A DNA stretch of 64,000 bases. Source: Candidatus Rariloculaceae bacterium (GTDB lineage: Bacteria; Pseudomonadota; Gammaproteobacteria; Steroidobacterales; Rariloculaceae). Where the stretch lies: positions 2,560,100-2,624,099 of the forward strand of contig OZ241971.1 of assembly GCA_965204155.1 (NCBI GenBank). The letters are read 5' to 3'. This document shows positions 36,076 through 44,995 of this stretch, piece after piece. Made by a program: the position numbers and the translations under genes. Each line of letters begins with the position of its first letter. Positions within the stretch are counted from its first letter, which is position 1. The notes beneath the pieces are model-generated. The model saw only the letters and a program-made list of their open reading frames with translations, searched no databases and was not told the DNA's origin.

Positions 36076-37617
36076 CTATCGGCCCATTGCCGCCGGGGAG
36101 AGAAAGATCGGGAAATCGGCCCGGACCCGGGCATCGATGCCGTCGCTGACGTGGCGCGGCACATGATTGGCGAGAAGTTCGCGCTTCCTTTCGATGGCCC
36201 GGTTCAGCGGAACCGGCTTGCCCTGTTCCTCCCAGTCGGTCGGGCTGCTGCGGTCGCTGAAGTCCGGATAAAAATACTCGCTCTGCATCACCCGAAGCGT
36301 GGTTCCGGAACCCAGGTAGTGGCCTTCTCCGCTGGTGCAGATCCGTTCGATCTCGGCGAAGCTCAGCGTATCGGCGCTGACTTCGATCCCTCGGGTCACG
36401 CGCCCGGCGGCGCCGAGGATGTCGTTGTCCAGCAACAGGCTCTCCGGGCATGCGCCCAGCAGGCTGGCGTACATGCCGGCGGACTCGTAAACGATGTTCG
36501 CCCCGGACAAGGCGGCCGACAGCACCGTCGCCGCGCGTTCCGCGCCAGCCTGAAAGTCCGGAAACTTGGCGTCCGTCATGCCGCAGGCGGTGCCGAAGGG
36601 CAGGTCAAAATGGTTGCCGACCTGCGCGCAGGCGGCGGACAGCAGGCCCTGCTCCGGCGAGCCGCCGCTCATTGCCCCGGTACGCAGGTCCGAAACGAAC
36701 GGCCAGGCGCCGATAATCGCCGGCGCTCCGGGCTCGATCGCGTTGACGTAGACCAGCCCGCCGAGGCACTCCGCCCAAGCCTGGGAGACCGCGCCCGCCA
36801 GGCAGGCGGGCGCGGTCGCGCCGGCCTGTCCCGCCGACAACAGCAGCACCGGCATGCCGCCCTCGACCGCGACGCGCAGGCATTCGAGGGCATCGGTGGC
36901 GAACTTCAGCGGCGGCACCACAAAGCAGTTGGACTGGCTGACGAAGGGGCGCGCCCGCCACTCGGCTTCGCCGCCGGCGACGATGTGCAGCAGCTCGAGG
37001 CTCTTCTCCATGTGCCGGGCCACCGTCCAGCTGGAGCCGACGTGCTTGCTGGTGCCCGTCACCGAGCAATAGAGCGTATTGATGTCCAGCGCGTAGTTGT
37101 CGTCGATGTCCCGCGGGACGCAGGTGCGCTGGAACATGTGAATGTGCTCGCAGGTGTCGGCGATGCGCGCCATGTCGTAGAGGTCCTGCGCCGTGGAATC
37201 CCGGTAGAGGTTGTTCTCCGGGTCGGCTGCCATGACCGCGGCGCCGGCGGTGGAGAAGTGCACCTTGGCGCCGCTCAGGTCCAGGTCCCGTTGCGGGTCC
37301 CGGGCGTGCAGCACCAGGTTGCGGCGGGCCAGCTCAAGGGTCCGTTCCACCAGGCTTCGCGGCATGCGCAAACGCCCGTCGTCGCCGAGCACGGCGCCGG
37401 CGGCCGTGCAGGTCTCCACGCAGTGAGGCGTGGCGTCGGCGAAACCCACCCGCTCGAGAATCCTGAAGGCGTTGTCGACAACGGCGGTAACGTCGTCGGC
37501 GGACAAGGGCCGGAACTGCCCGCCGGCATGCCCCGGCCGAACCGGCTTGACCGCTTCCGCGAGGGGTCTGGCGCGCTCGGCCCTGCGCGCCCGCCTACCG
37601 CCCGATCGGCGAGGCAT
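36076..37617 (-). CDS. MttB-superfamily methyltransferase, non-pyrrolysine, paralogue 2 (orphan)
   Basis: Starts at Met26 of the track ORF (MPRRSGGRRARRAERA…). 513 aa, no in-frame stop, no adjacent corrinoid protein gene. Confidence 0.85.
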   Translation of the reverse strand: MPRRSGGRRARRAERARPLAEAVKPVRPGHAGGQFRPLSADDVTAVVDNAFRILERVGFADATPHCVETCTAAGAVLGDDGRLRMPRSLVERTLELARRNLVLHARDPQRDLDLSGAKVHFSTAGAAVMAADPENNLYRDSTAQDLYDMARIADTCEHIHMFQRTCVPRDIDDNYALDINTLYCSVTGTSKHVGSSWTVARHMEKSLELLHIVAGGEAEWRARPFVSQSNCFVVPPLKFATDALECLRVAVEGGMPVLLLSAGQAGATAPACLAGAVSQAWAECLGGLVYVNAIEPGAPAIIGAWPFVSDLRTGAMSGGSPEQGLLSAACAQVGNHFDLPFGTACGMTDAKFPDFQAGAERAATVLSAALSGANIVYESAGMYASLLGACPESLLLDNDILGAAGRVTRGIEVSADTLSFAEIERICTSGEGHYLGSGTTLRVMQSEYFYPDFSDRSSPTDWEEQGKPVPLNRAIERKRELLANHVPRHVSDGIDARVRADFPIFLSPAAMGR

Positions 37618-37809
37618 GGCAGCCCTCCCTGGAGAAACGACGTTGAGAAGACATTGTGGCGGAGCACACGAACCGAAAGACACGAAAAGCATAGCTTATA
37701 CGATGCCATAGCGGCTAGCGGAGTCTTCTGCGAACGCAAGTCCTGAATCTGGTCAATTCGTGTAGTTTCCGTTCTGACGGTGCGCAAAACCGCATGCTAC
37801 GATGCCCGC

Positions 37810-38157
37810 ATGGATATGACTCTCGCCGGATTCATCGCCCTTGGCGCACTTATCGTCGGCCAGTTCGCCTGGCTGCGGCAGGATATCCGCGAGTCGCGCA
37901 AGGAGCTGCGCGGTGAGATCGGCTCAGTTCGCAAGGAACTGCTCGGCGAGATTGGCTCGGTTCGCAAGGAACTGCGTGGCGAGATCAGCTCGGTTCGCGG
38001 CGAATTGGGCGAATTGCGCAACGAATTGGGCGAGTTGCGCGAGCGCGTGGCGCGGATCGAGGGCTTGTTGGAGGCCGTGTTCATGCGCCGCGACCTGACG
38101 CCCTTCCCCGAGCCGCCCCCCACCGGAGACCTGCCGGACAAGTCCAGGGCCGCCTGA
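37810..38157 (+). CDS. Small membrane-anchored coiled-coil protein with 11-residue tandem repeats
   Basis: MDMTLAGFIALGALIVGQFAWL (TM-like) followed by RKELRGEIGSV / RKELLGEIGSV / RKELRGEISSV and degenerate copies (33-bp repeats at 37900..38049). No family recognised. Confidence 0.5.
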   Translation: MDMTLAGFIALGALIVGQFAWLRQDIRESRKELRGEIGSVRKELLGEIGSVRKELRGEISSVRGELGELRNELGELRERVARIEGLLEAVFMRRDLTPFPEPPPTGDLPDKSRAA

Positions 38158-38448
38158 GGGCGCGCACGATCGGGGCACAAACGTTGGCCGGGTACCGCGA
38201 ATATCTCGCTGCAACTGTCGAATCGTTTTCGGGACAGCGCTCCGGTGACGGTGATCGACCGTTCCGGATGGCGGGATCCGCGATCGGTGGCGCATTCGGG
38301 AAGGCGGACGTCGCTCGCGTCGAGGGGTGAATATTGACGCTCGCGCGGGTCGGGCGCATAGTGACAGACGTGAATCGCGGTCTCCACGATCTGTGCCCAT
38401 TCCCTGTTCGCCGCCGCGCCGCTGGATAGCGGTACCCACTCGAAGGCG

Positions 38449-40863
38449 ATGGAAAACCAGGCCCGCATAGTCATCGTCGGCGGCGGCATCATGGGCGTCG
38501 GCCTGCTGTACCACCTGGCCGCGGAGGGGTGCAGCGATGTCCTGCTGATCGAGAAGGGCGAGCTGACGTCGGGCTCGACCTGGCATGCGGCCGGTCAGTG
38601 CCCCAACCTGGTCGGCAACTACAATCTCGCCAAGATCCACGAATACAGCATCGCCCTGTACGGGAAGCTGGAACAGCTCACCGGCCAGGCCGTCGGCTGG
38701 CACGGTTGCGGCAGCGTCCGCTTCGCCCTGAACGAGCGGGACCTTGACTGGTTCCGCTATCTGCGCGGGATCGCCACCGAAGTCGGTTATCACATGGAGA
38801 TCGTCGATGTGCCGCAGATCGCCAGGCTGAATCCCTTCGTCTCGACCGAAGGCGTGCTGGCCGGGGCCTGGACCCGCAATGACGGACATGCCGACCCCTT
38901 CGGGCTGACCCAGGCCATGGCCAGGGGCGCGCGCGAAATGGGCGCCAGAATCATGCGGCGCAACCGGGTGACCGGCATCAACGCCCGTCCGGGCGGGGAA
39001 TGGGAAGTGGTGACGGAACAGGGTACGGTCATCGCCGAAACGGTGGTCAACGCTGCCGGCTGCTTCGCCCGGCAGGTGGCGCAGATGGTGGGAGCGGACC
39101 TGCCCATCTTCAATGTCCAGCATCACTACCTGGTGTCCGGCCCGGTGCCGGAATTTGCAGAAAGAAGCGTCGAACTCCCCGTAACCCGCGACCCCTGGGC
39201 TTCCTCGTACCTTCGCCAAGAGCAGGAGTCCGGGCTGATCGGCATCTACGAGGGCGACGGCATCACCGAAGCCTGGCAACCGGGCGGACTGCCCCAGTGG
39301 GAATCCGACAGCGAACTGTTTACCGACGATCTGGAGCGCCTGATGCCCTGGCTGGGGCGAGCCATGGAGCGCATGCCGATCTTCGAGCCGGCGGGCATCA
39401 AGCGCATTGTCAACGGGGCCATCTCCCACAGCCCCGACGGGCTGCCGCTGCTCGGGCCGGTGGCGGGGTTGCGCAATTTCTGGCTCTGCTGCGGCACGTC
39501 TTTCGGCATTGCCCAGGGCGCCGGTTCCGGCAAGTACCTGGCCCAGTGGATCCTGCACGGCGACTCCGAAATCAACATGACCGGGTTCGATCCGCGGCGG
39601 TTCGGCGTATTTGCCGATGACGCCTTCATGCGGGCCAGGGGCCGCCAGGACTACGGCATGACCTACGCCACGGTGATGCCCGGAGAAGAACTGCCGGCCG
39701 GCCGCCAGTGCAGGACCAGCCCCCTGCACGACAAGCTCGGTGCGCAGGGCTGCGTATACACGGAAACCTTCGGCTGGGAGCGGCCCAAGTGGTTTTCGCC
39801 CGACGGCCGGGAGGAGCAGTACAGCTTCCGCCACAACAATGTTTTCGAAGTCGTGCGCGGAGAATGTCTGACGGTGCGCGAGCGTGTCGGTCTGCTGGAC
39901 CTTTCCGGGTTCGCGAAATACGACGTTACAGGTCCCGATGCGGAGACGATGCTGGATCGGCTGTGCGCCAATCGGTTGCCGAAACGTGGGCGGATCGCGC
40001 TCACGCATCTGCTGTCGGAGGGCGGGCGCATCGGCGCGGAAGCGACCGTCACGCGTCTCGGCGACGAAGCCTTTTACGTGCTTTCCGCCGCCGGCGCCGA
40101 ACTGCGCGATCTGGACCACCTGCGGCAAGGCCGTCTCCCGGAAGAGCAGGTCAGCATCGACAATGTCACGGACCGCCGCGGTGTGCTGGTGCTGGCGGGG
40201 CCGCACGCCCGGGCCGTGCTGGCACGGGTGACGGACACGTCCCTTGAGAGCAGCGACTTCCCCTGGCTCAGTGGCCGGGAAATCCATGTCGCCGGGATGC
40301 CGGTGCGGGCACTGCGGGTGAACTACGTGGGCGAACTGGGGTGGGAACTGCACCCGGCGATGGAGTACATGGAGCCGCTGTACGACGCGCTGATGGAGGC
40401 TGGCGCGGACTTCGGCATCGGTAATTTCGGCCTCTACGCGGTCAACAGCCTCAGGCTGGAAAAGGCCTACCGAAGCTGGGGAGCGGAGCTGACCAACGAA
40501 GTCACAATGATCGACGCCGCCATGGAGCGGTTCATCAGGTTCGACAAGGGCGACTTCATCGGCCGGGAAGCGACCCTGCGGCAGCGGGACCGCACCTTGC
40601 AACTGATCTACTTCAGCCTGGACGCCGGCGATGCGGACGTTCAGGGTGGCGAGCCCATCTTCGCCGGCGAGCGCTGCGTGGGCGTAACCACGACGGGCGG
40701 TTACGGACACTTCGTCCGCAAGAGCCTCGGCTTCGGCTATGTTCCGCCGCCGCTGGCCGTTCCGGGAACGGAGTTGACGGTCGACGTGCTCGGGCAACTG
40801 CGCAAGGTGACGCTGCGCACCGATCCGGTCTATGACCCGGCCAACTCCCGATTGCGCGTCTGA
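38449..40863 (+). CDS. Dimethylglycine/sarcosine dehydrogenase-family flavoprotein, paralogue 2
   Basis: 804 aa; IVIVGGGIMG; LTSGSTWHAAG; GcvT-like C-terminal domain. Confidence 0.85.
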   Translation: MENQARIVIVGGGIMGVGLLYHLAAEGCSDVLLIEKGELTSGSTWHAAGQCPNLVGNYNLAKIHEYSIALYGKLEQLTGQAVGWHGCGSVRFALNERDLDWFRYLRGIATEVGYHMEIVDVPQIARLNPFVSTEGVLAGAWTRNDGHADPFGLTQAMARGAREMGARIMRRNRVTGINARPGGEWEVVTEQGTVIAETVVNAAGCFARQVAQMVGADLPIFNVQHHYLVSGPVPEFAERSVELPVTRDPWASSYLRQEQESGLIGIYEGDGITEAWQPGGLPQWESDSELFTDDLERLMPWLGRAMERMPIFEPAGIKRIVNGAISHSPDGLPLLGPVAGLRNFWLCCGTSFGIAQGAGSGKYLAQWILHGDSEINMTGFDPRRFGVFADDAFMRARGRQDYGMTYATVMPGEELPAGRQCRTSPLHDKLGAQGCVYTETFGWERPKWFSPDGREEQYSFRHNNVFEVVRGECLTVRERVGLLDLSGFAKYDVTGPDAETMLDRLCANRLPKRGRIALTHLLSEGGRIGAEATVTRLGDEAFYVLSAAGAELRDLDHLRQGRLPEEQVSIDNVTDRRGVLVLAGPHARAVLARVTDTSLESSDFPWLSGREIHVAGMPVRALRVNYVGELGWELHPAMEYMEPLYDALMEAGADFGIGNFGLYAVNSLRLEKAYRSWGAELTNEVTMIDAAMERFIRFDKGDFIGREATLRQRDRTLQLIYFSLDAGDADVQGGEPIFAGERCVGVTTTGGYGHFVRKSLGFGYVPPPLAVPGTELTVDVLGQLRKVTLRTDPVYDPANSRLRV

Positions 40864-40958
40864 CCGCCGATGATGACATGGCCAACCACCGGTTGCGTGC
40901 CTGACTGCCGATGACGATACGGCCCGAGACTGCTGCCCAGCCCGAGACGGCGGCCCGG
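40861..40958 (+). repeat. Duplicated gene junction with relay mini-ORF, plus 18-bp tandem repeats
   Basis: TGACCGCCGATGATGACATGG (40861..40881) versus TGACTGCCGATGACGATACGG (40902..40922), 17/21 identical. Mini-ORF 40870..40914 (MMTWPTTGCVPDCR) ends in an ATGA overlap with the 40911 start. CCCGAGAC[TG]GC[TG]GCCC[AG]G tandem at 40923..40958. Confidence 0.75.
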
Positions 40959-43403
40959 CCCGAGCGCTCTGCCGACCTGCCGCGACGCGCCAGCGTGGTC
41001 GTGATCGGCGGCGGCGTGATCGGGTGCTCGGTCGCCTACCATCTGGCGAGAGCTGGCGTCCCGGACGTGGCGCTGCTGGAGCGCAGGCAGCTCACCTCGG
41101 GTACCACCTGGCACGCGGCGGGATTGGTGGGCCAGCTTCGCACGTCCATAAACATGACGGAACTGGCGCGCTACACCAGCGAACTCTACCTGCGCCTGGA
41201 GGCCGAAACCGGCCAGGCGACCGGCTACCGGCGCTGCGGTTCCTTCTCGCTGGCCACCAACGAAGAGCGGTTCGAGGAGTTGCGGCGCAGCGCCTCGATG
41301 GCGAAGGTCTTCGGGCTCGAAGTGGAGGTGGTCACGCCTGCGGCGATCAAGGCCCGGGTTCCGCTGCTGCATACCGGAGACGTGCTTGGGGGCATCCACA
41401 TTCCTTCCGACGGCTACGCCAACGCGGTGGACGTGACCAACGCGCTGGCGAAAGGCGCCACCGCCGCCGGTGCGCGCGTCTTTCAGAATACGCCGGTCAC
41501 ATCCATTCTCACCTCGGGCAGCAGCGTAACCGGCGTGGTCACCGATCAGGGCGAGATCCGTGCCGACTGCGTCGTGCTCTGCGCAGGCATGTGGACCCGG
41601 GAACTGGCCGCGACGGTGGGCATCAACGTGCCCCTGCACGCCTGCGAGCACTACTACGCCCTGTTCGCATCGGTGGAAGGGCTGGACGAGAACTTCCCGG
41701 TGGTGCGCGACTACGACGCCTGCGCCTACTACAAGTACGACGCGGGCAAGCTGCTGCTCGGTGCGTTCGAGCCCAATGCCCGCCCCTGGGCCACCGACGG
41801 CATCCCCGAGGATTTCTGTTTCGACGAGATCGACGGCAGCCTGGAGCACTTCGAACCAATCCTGGAACAGGCCCTGGCGCGCATGCCGGCGCTGGAATCC
41901 GCGGGGCTGGAGACGTTCTTCTGCGGCCCGGAGAGCTTTACGCCGGATGTCCGCTACCACATCGGCCAGGCGCCGGAGCTGGACAATTGTTTCGTGGCGG
42001 CGGGGCTGAATTCCATCGGCCTGCAATCCGCCGGCGGCATCGGCCGGGTCATCTCGGACTGGATCCGGCACGGGTATCCGCCGTCAGACCTCTGGGAGGT
42101 CGACGTGCGCCGCAATCAGCCCTTCCAGCGCAACCGGAAGTACCTGCGCGAGCGGGTTTCCGAGAGCCTCGGCCTGCTCTACGCCACCCATTACCCCTAT
42201 CGCCAGTACGACACCGCCCGGGGCGTTCGCAAGTCGCCGCTGCATGATCGGTTGAAGTCCGCCGGGGCCTGTCACGGCGAAGTGGCGGGTTGGGAACGGC
42301 CCAACTGGTATGCGCCGGAGCCGGGCCTGGCGCGCTACGAGTACAGTTATGGACGGCAGAACTGGTTCGAGTATTCCGCGGCGGAACACCGGGCGGTGCG
42401 CGAGCGGGCGGGGCTGTTCGACCTGTCTTCGTTCGCCAAGTTCAGGCTAGAGGGCCGTGACGCCGCCCGGGTGCTGAACACCATCTGCGCGAACGAAATT
42501 GATGTGCCTCCCGGCCGCATCGTCTATACCCAATGGCTGAACGGGAGGGGCGGCATCGAAGCGGATCTGACGGTGACCCGGCTCACCGAAGACTGCTACC
42601 TGGTTGTGACCGCCGCCGCCACCGAAGTCCGGGACTTCAACTGGCTGCAACGGCACATTCCGGCCGACGCCCGCTGCGTGCTGACCAATGTGACCTCGGC
42701 CATGGGCGTGATTTCCATCATGGGACCGAACGCACGGGCGCTGCTGCAATCGTTAAGCCCGAACGATGTCTCCAACGAGGCCTTTCCGTTCGCCCACAGC
42801 CGGGAAATCGAACTCGGCTACGCGCTGGTGCGCGCGGCCCGGATCACCTACGTAGGCGAACTCGGCTGGGAACTCTACATCCCCACCGAGTTCACGGCCG
42901 GCGTCTACGACACCCTCGTCCAGGCGGGCGCATCGTTCGGCCTGGCCCACGCCGGCTATCACGCGCTTGATTCGCTGCGCATCGAAAAGGCCTATCGGCA
43001 CTGGGGCCACGACATCACCGACGAGGACACGCCGCTGGAAGCGGGCCTGGGCTTCGCCGTGAAGTTCGACAAGCCGGGCGGGTTCATCGGCCGCGACGCA
43101 CTGTTGAAGGAAAAGCAGGCAGGGTCGGCAAAGCGCCTGTTGCAGTTCCGGCTGCTGGACCCGCAGCCGCTGATCTACCACAACGAACCCATCTGGCGCG
43201 ACGACATCCTGGTCGGACACATCACCTCAGGCGCCTACGGCCACACCCTCGGCGGCGCCATCGGGCTGGGCTACGTCGATACGGGCAAGGCGCCGGACCC
43301 GGCCGAGGGCGGATTCAGCATCGAAGTGGCCGGGGAGCGGGTGCCGGCGGAGGTATCGTCAAGGCCGATGTACGACCCGGCGAGCCAGCGCATCCGCTGC
43401 TGA
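40911..43403 (+). CDS. Dimethylglycine/sarcosine dehydrogenase-family flavoprotein, paralogue 3
   Basis: 830 aa; VVVIGGGVIG; LTSGTTWHAAG; GcvT-like C-terminal domain. Confidence 0.85.
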   Translation: MTIRPETAAQPETAARPERSADLPRRASVVVIGGGVIGCSVAYHLARAGVPDVALLERRQLTSGTTWHAAGLVGQLRTSINMTELARYTSELYLRLEAETGQATGYRRCGSFSLATNEERFEELRRSASMAKVFGLEVEVVTPAAIKARVPLLHTGDVLGGIHIPSDGYANAVDVTNALAKGATAAGARVFQNTPVTSILTSGSSVTGVVTDQGEIRADCVVLCAGMWTRELAATVGINVPLHACEHYYALFASVEGLDENFPVVRDYDACAYYKYDAGKLLLGAFEPNARPWATDGIPEDFCFDEIDGSLEHFEPILEQALARMPALESAGLETFFCGPESFTPDVRYHIGQAPELDNCFVAAGLNSIGLQSAGGIGRVISDWIRHGYPPSDLWEVDVRRNQPFQRNRKYLRERVSESLGLLYATHYPYRQYDTARGVRKSPLHDRLKSAGACHGEVAGWERPNWYAPEPGLARYEYSYGRQNWFEYSAAEHRAVRERAGLFDLSSFAKFRLEGRDAARVLNTICANEIDVPPGRIVYTQWLNGRGGIEADLTVTRLTEDCYLVVTAAATEVRDFNWLQRHIPADARCVLTNVTSAMGVISIMGPNARALLQSLSPNDVSNEAFPFAHSREIELGYALVRAARITYVGELGWELYIPTEFTAGVYDTLVQAGASFGLAHAGYHALDSLRIEKAYRHWGHDITDEDTPLEAGLGFAVKFDKPGGFIGRDALLKEKQAGSAKRLLQFRLLDPQPLIYHNEPIWRDDILVGHITSGAYGHTLGGAIGLGYVDTGKAPDPAEGGFSIEVAGERVPAEVSSRPMYDPASQRIRC

Positions 43404-43475
43404 GTCCGGGCCGGCGTCAACAGATGCTGTCCGCGCCAGCGTTGATGGCCGTGACGCGGCGGGCGCCGACGGGCT

Positions 43476-44825
43476 CTACGCAACCGCGGCCATGGCCCGC
43501 TCGAGAAGGGTCAGTGCCTCGTCGATCTCCGAGCTGCTGACGTTGAGCGGCGGCGAGATACGGATCACGTTGTTGTAAGTGCCGCCGCGGCCCAGCAGGA
43601 GGCCGCGTTCGCGGGCGGAGTCCAGCAGCGCCTGGGTCAGTTCGGGGGCGGGCGTGCGGTCGCCGGCGGTTTCGTCGGCCACCAGTTCGATTGCCTGCAT
43701 GAGACCTCTGCCGCGCACATCGCCGATGGGGGCGGGGAACCGGCGCTGGATGCGCAGCAGGCCGTCGCGCAGGCGTTCGCCCTGCCGTCCGGCGTGGTCC
43801 GCCAGGTTCTCCCGCTCGACGATATCGATGACCGTGTTGGCCGCGGCGCAGCTCACCGGGTTGCCGCCGAAGGTGGAGATGGTGGACTTGTGCAGCGAGT
43901 CCGCCACCGGTGCGGTGGCCACCAGGGCCCCGAGCGGCAGGCCGTTGGCGATGCCCTTGGCCATGGTCATCATTTCCGGTTCCACGCCGTGATGCTCGAT
44001 GCCCCACATGCGCCCGGTGCGGCCGAAGCCGGTCTGCACTTCATCCGCGATGAACACGCCGCCGTACTTGCGCACGATCTCCGCCACGATGGCGAAGTAT
44101 TCCTCCGGCGGAGTGATGAAGCCGCCGACGCCCTGGATCGGTTCCACCAGCATGCCCGCCACCTGTCCGGACGTGGCGGTCCGGATCAACTCCTCCACGT
44201 CATGGGCGCAGGCCACGCCGCATTTCGGGTAGGTCAGCTTGAGCGGACAGCGATAACAGTAGGGCGACAGCGCATGGCGCACGACACTGGCCCGGTCGCC
44301 GGCGCCGCGCCAGGCGGCATTGCCCGTGAGCCCCTGGGCGAGCTGGGTGCGGCCCGAATAGCCGTGGCGCAGGGCGATGATCTCGGTGTTGCCGGTGTAG
44401 CTCTGCGCCATCATGATCGCAGCCTCGTCGGCTTCGCTGCCGGAAGCGGTGAAGAAGCACTTCTGCAGCGCACCGGGCGTGATGCGGGCCAGGCGCTCGG
44501 CCAGTTCGCCCATGGGCAGGGTCGGGTAGAGCGTGGATATGTGGGAGAGCCGATGCACCTGGGCGATGACGGCCTGGTTCACCTCTTCGTTTGCGTGCCC
44601 GAGTGATACCGTGAGTATACCGCCGAAGAAATCCAGGTAGGTGCGTTCGTCGAGGTCGGTGACGCGGCCTCCGCGTCCGTCGGTCACGACCAAGGGCTCG
44701 GTGTGGAGATTCTTTACCTGGGGGAAGATGTAACGTTCGTATTGCCGCGCGACATCCGCGGTTGTATGAACCGGCCCGATTTTCGTGTTGCGGTCGGCCT
44801 TGGCGTCCGCCGGCTGATCTTTCAT
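43476..44825 (-). CDS. Class-III PLP-dependent aminotransferase
   Basis: Real gene is the last 449 codons (MKDQPADAK…) of track ORF 43476..45725, with GGAGGAG upstream. Motifs ASGSEADEAA, DEVQTGFGRTG, MTMAKGIANG. Confidence 0.85.
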   Translation of the reverse strand: MKDQPADAKADRNTKIGPVHTTADVARQYERYIFPQVKNLHTEPLVVTDGRGGRVTDLDERTYLDFFGGILTVSLGHANEEVNQAVIAQVHRLSHISTLYPTLPMGELAERLARITPGALQKCFFTASGSEADEAAIMMAQSYTGNTEIIALRHGYSGRTQLAQGLTGNAAWRGAGDRASVVRHALSPYCYRCPLKLTYPKCGVACAHDVEELIRTATSGQVAGMLVEPIQGVGGFITPPEEYFAIVAEIVRKYGGVFIADEVQTGFGRTGRMWGIEHHGVEPEMMTMAKGIANGLPLGALVATAPVADSLHKSTISTFGGNPVSCAAANTVIDIVERENLADHAGRQGERLRDGLLRIQRRFPAPIGDVRGRGLMQAIELVADETAGDRTPAPELTQALLDSARERGLLLGRGGTYNNVIRISPPLNVSSSEIDEALTLLERAMAAVA

Positions 44826-44995
44826 TGTTGCCGTCTCCTCCCGGTGTCGATGGACGCGGCCCTTCCGGCTGGACCAGTGGCAGCGCCACTCGGCGTTGCC
44901 TGTCGTTTGCCTGGTCTGACCAAACTGCACTCCTCGCGTCCTGATTGGCGCTGCAACAAGTCCAACAGCGTCATCCCGGACAGCGCTGGCAGGCC

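Noticed and set aside
37630-37655. Shared CGACGTT(N0-2)GAGAA motif between the mttB2 upstream region and the reverse strand of 29654..29693, as a common operator
   Set aside because: The match is only about 12 informative positions with different orientation and distance relative to the two mttB starts. By rough estimate the chance expectation is of order 0.5-1.
34813-37746. 977-aa plus-strand ORF. The same reasoning covers 37924..40797 (-), 48241..51288 (+), 9557..11428 (-) and 34625..36451 (-).
   Set aside because: All overlap well-supported genes in another frame or strand and are Arg/Pro/Gly/Ala-rich low-complexity translations. I treat them as GC-driven open frames.
37900-38049. Tandem repeats (here and at 26144..26218) as possible CRISPR or other non-coding arrays
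   Set aside because: The repeats are in frame within plausible ORFs, have no unique spacers of CRISPR size, and there are no cas genes. I interpret them as coding repeat expansions.
37797-38492. 231-aa minus-strand ORF as a real gene between the coiled-coil gene and DMGDH2
   Set aside because: Most of it is antisense to the repeat-containing coiled-coil ORF (hence its serine/arginine repeat translation). Its 5' end overlaps the DMGDH2 start, and no family signature was seen. The non-overlapping middle part is kept as a low-interest open question in the findings.
43404-43475. Intrinsic terminators in the short convergent gaps (43404..43475, 36041..36075, 57233..57352)
   Set aside because: Only weak or short stems without adjacent T-tracts were seen, for example TCCGCA-TTTTT-TGCGGA near 57265. 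That is not enough to call.
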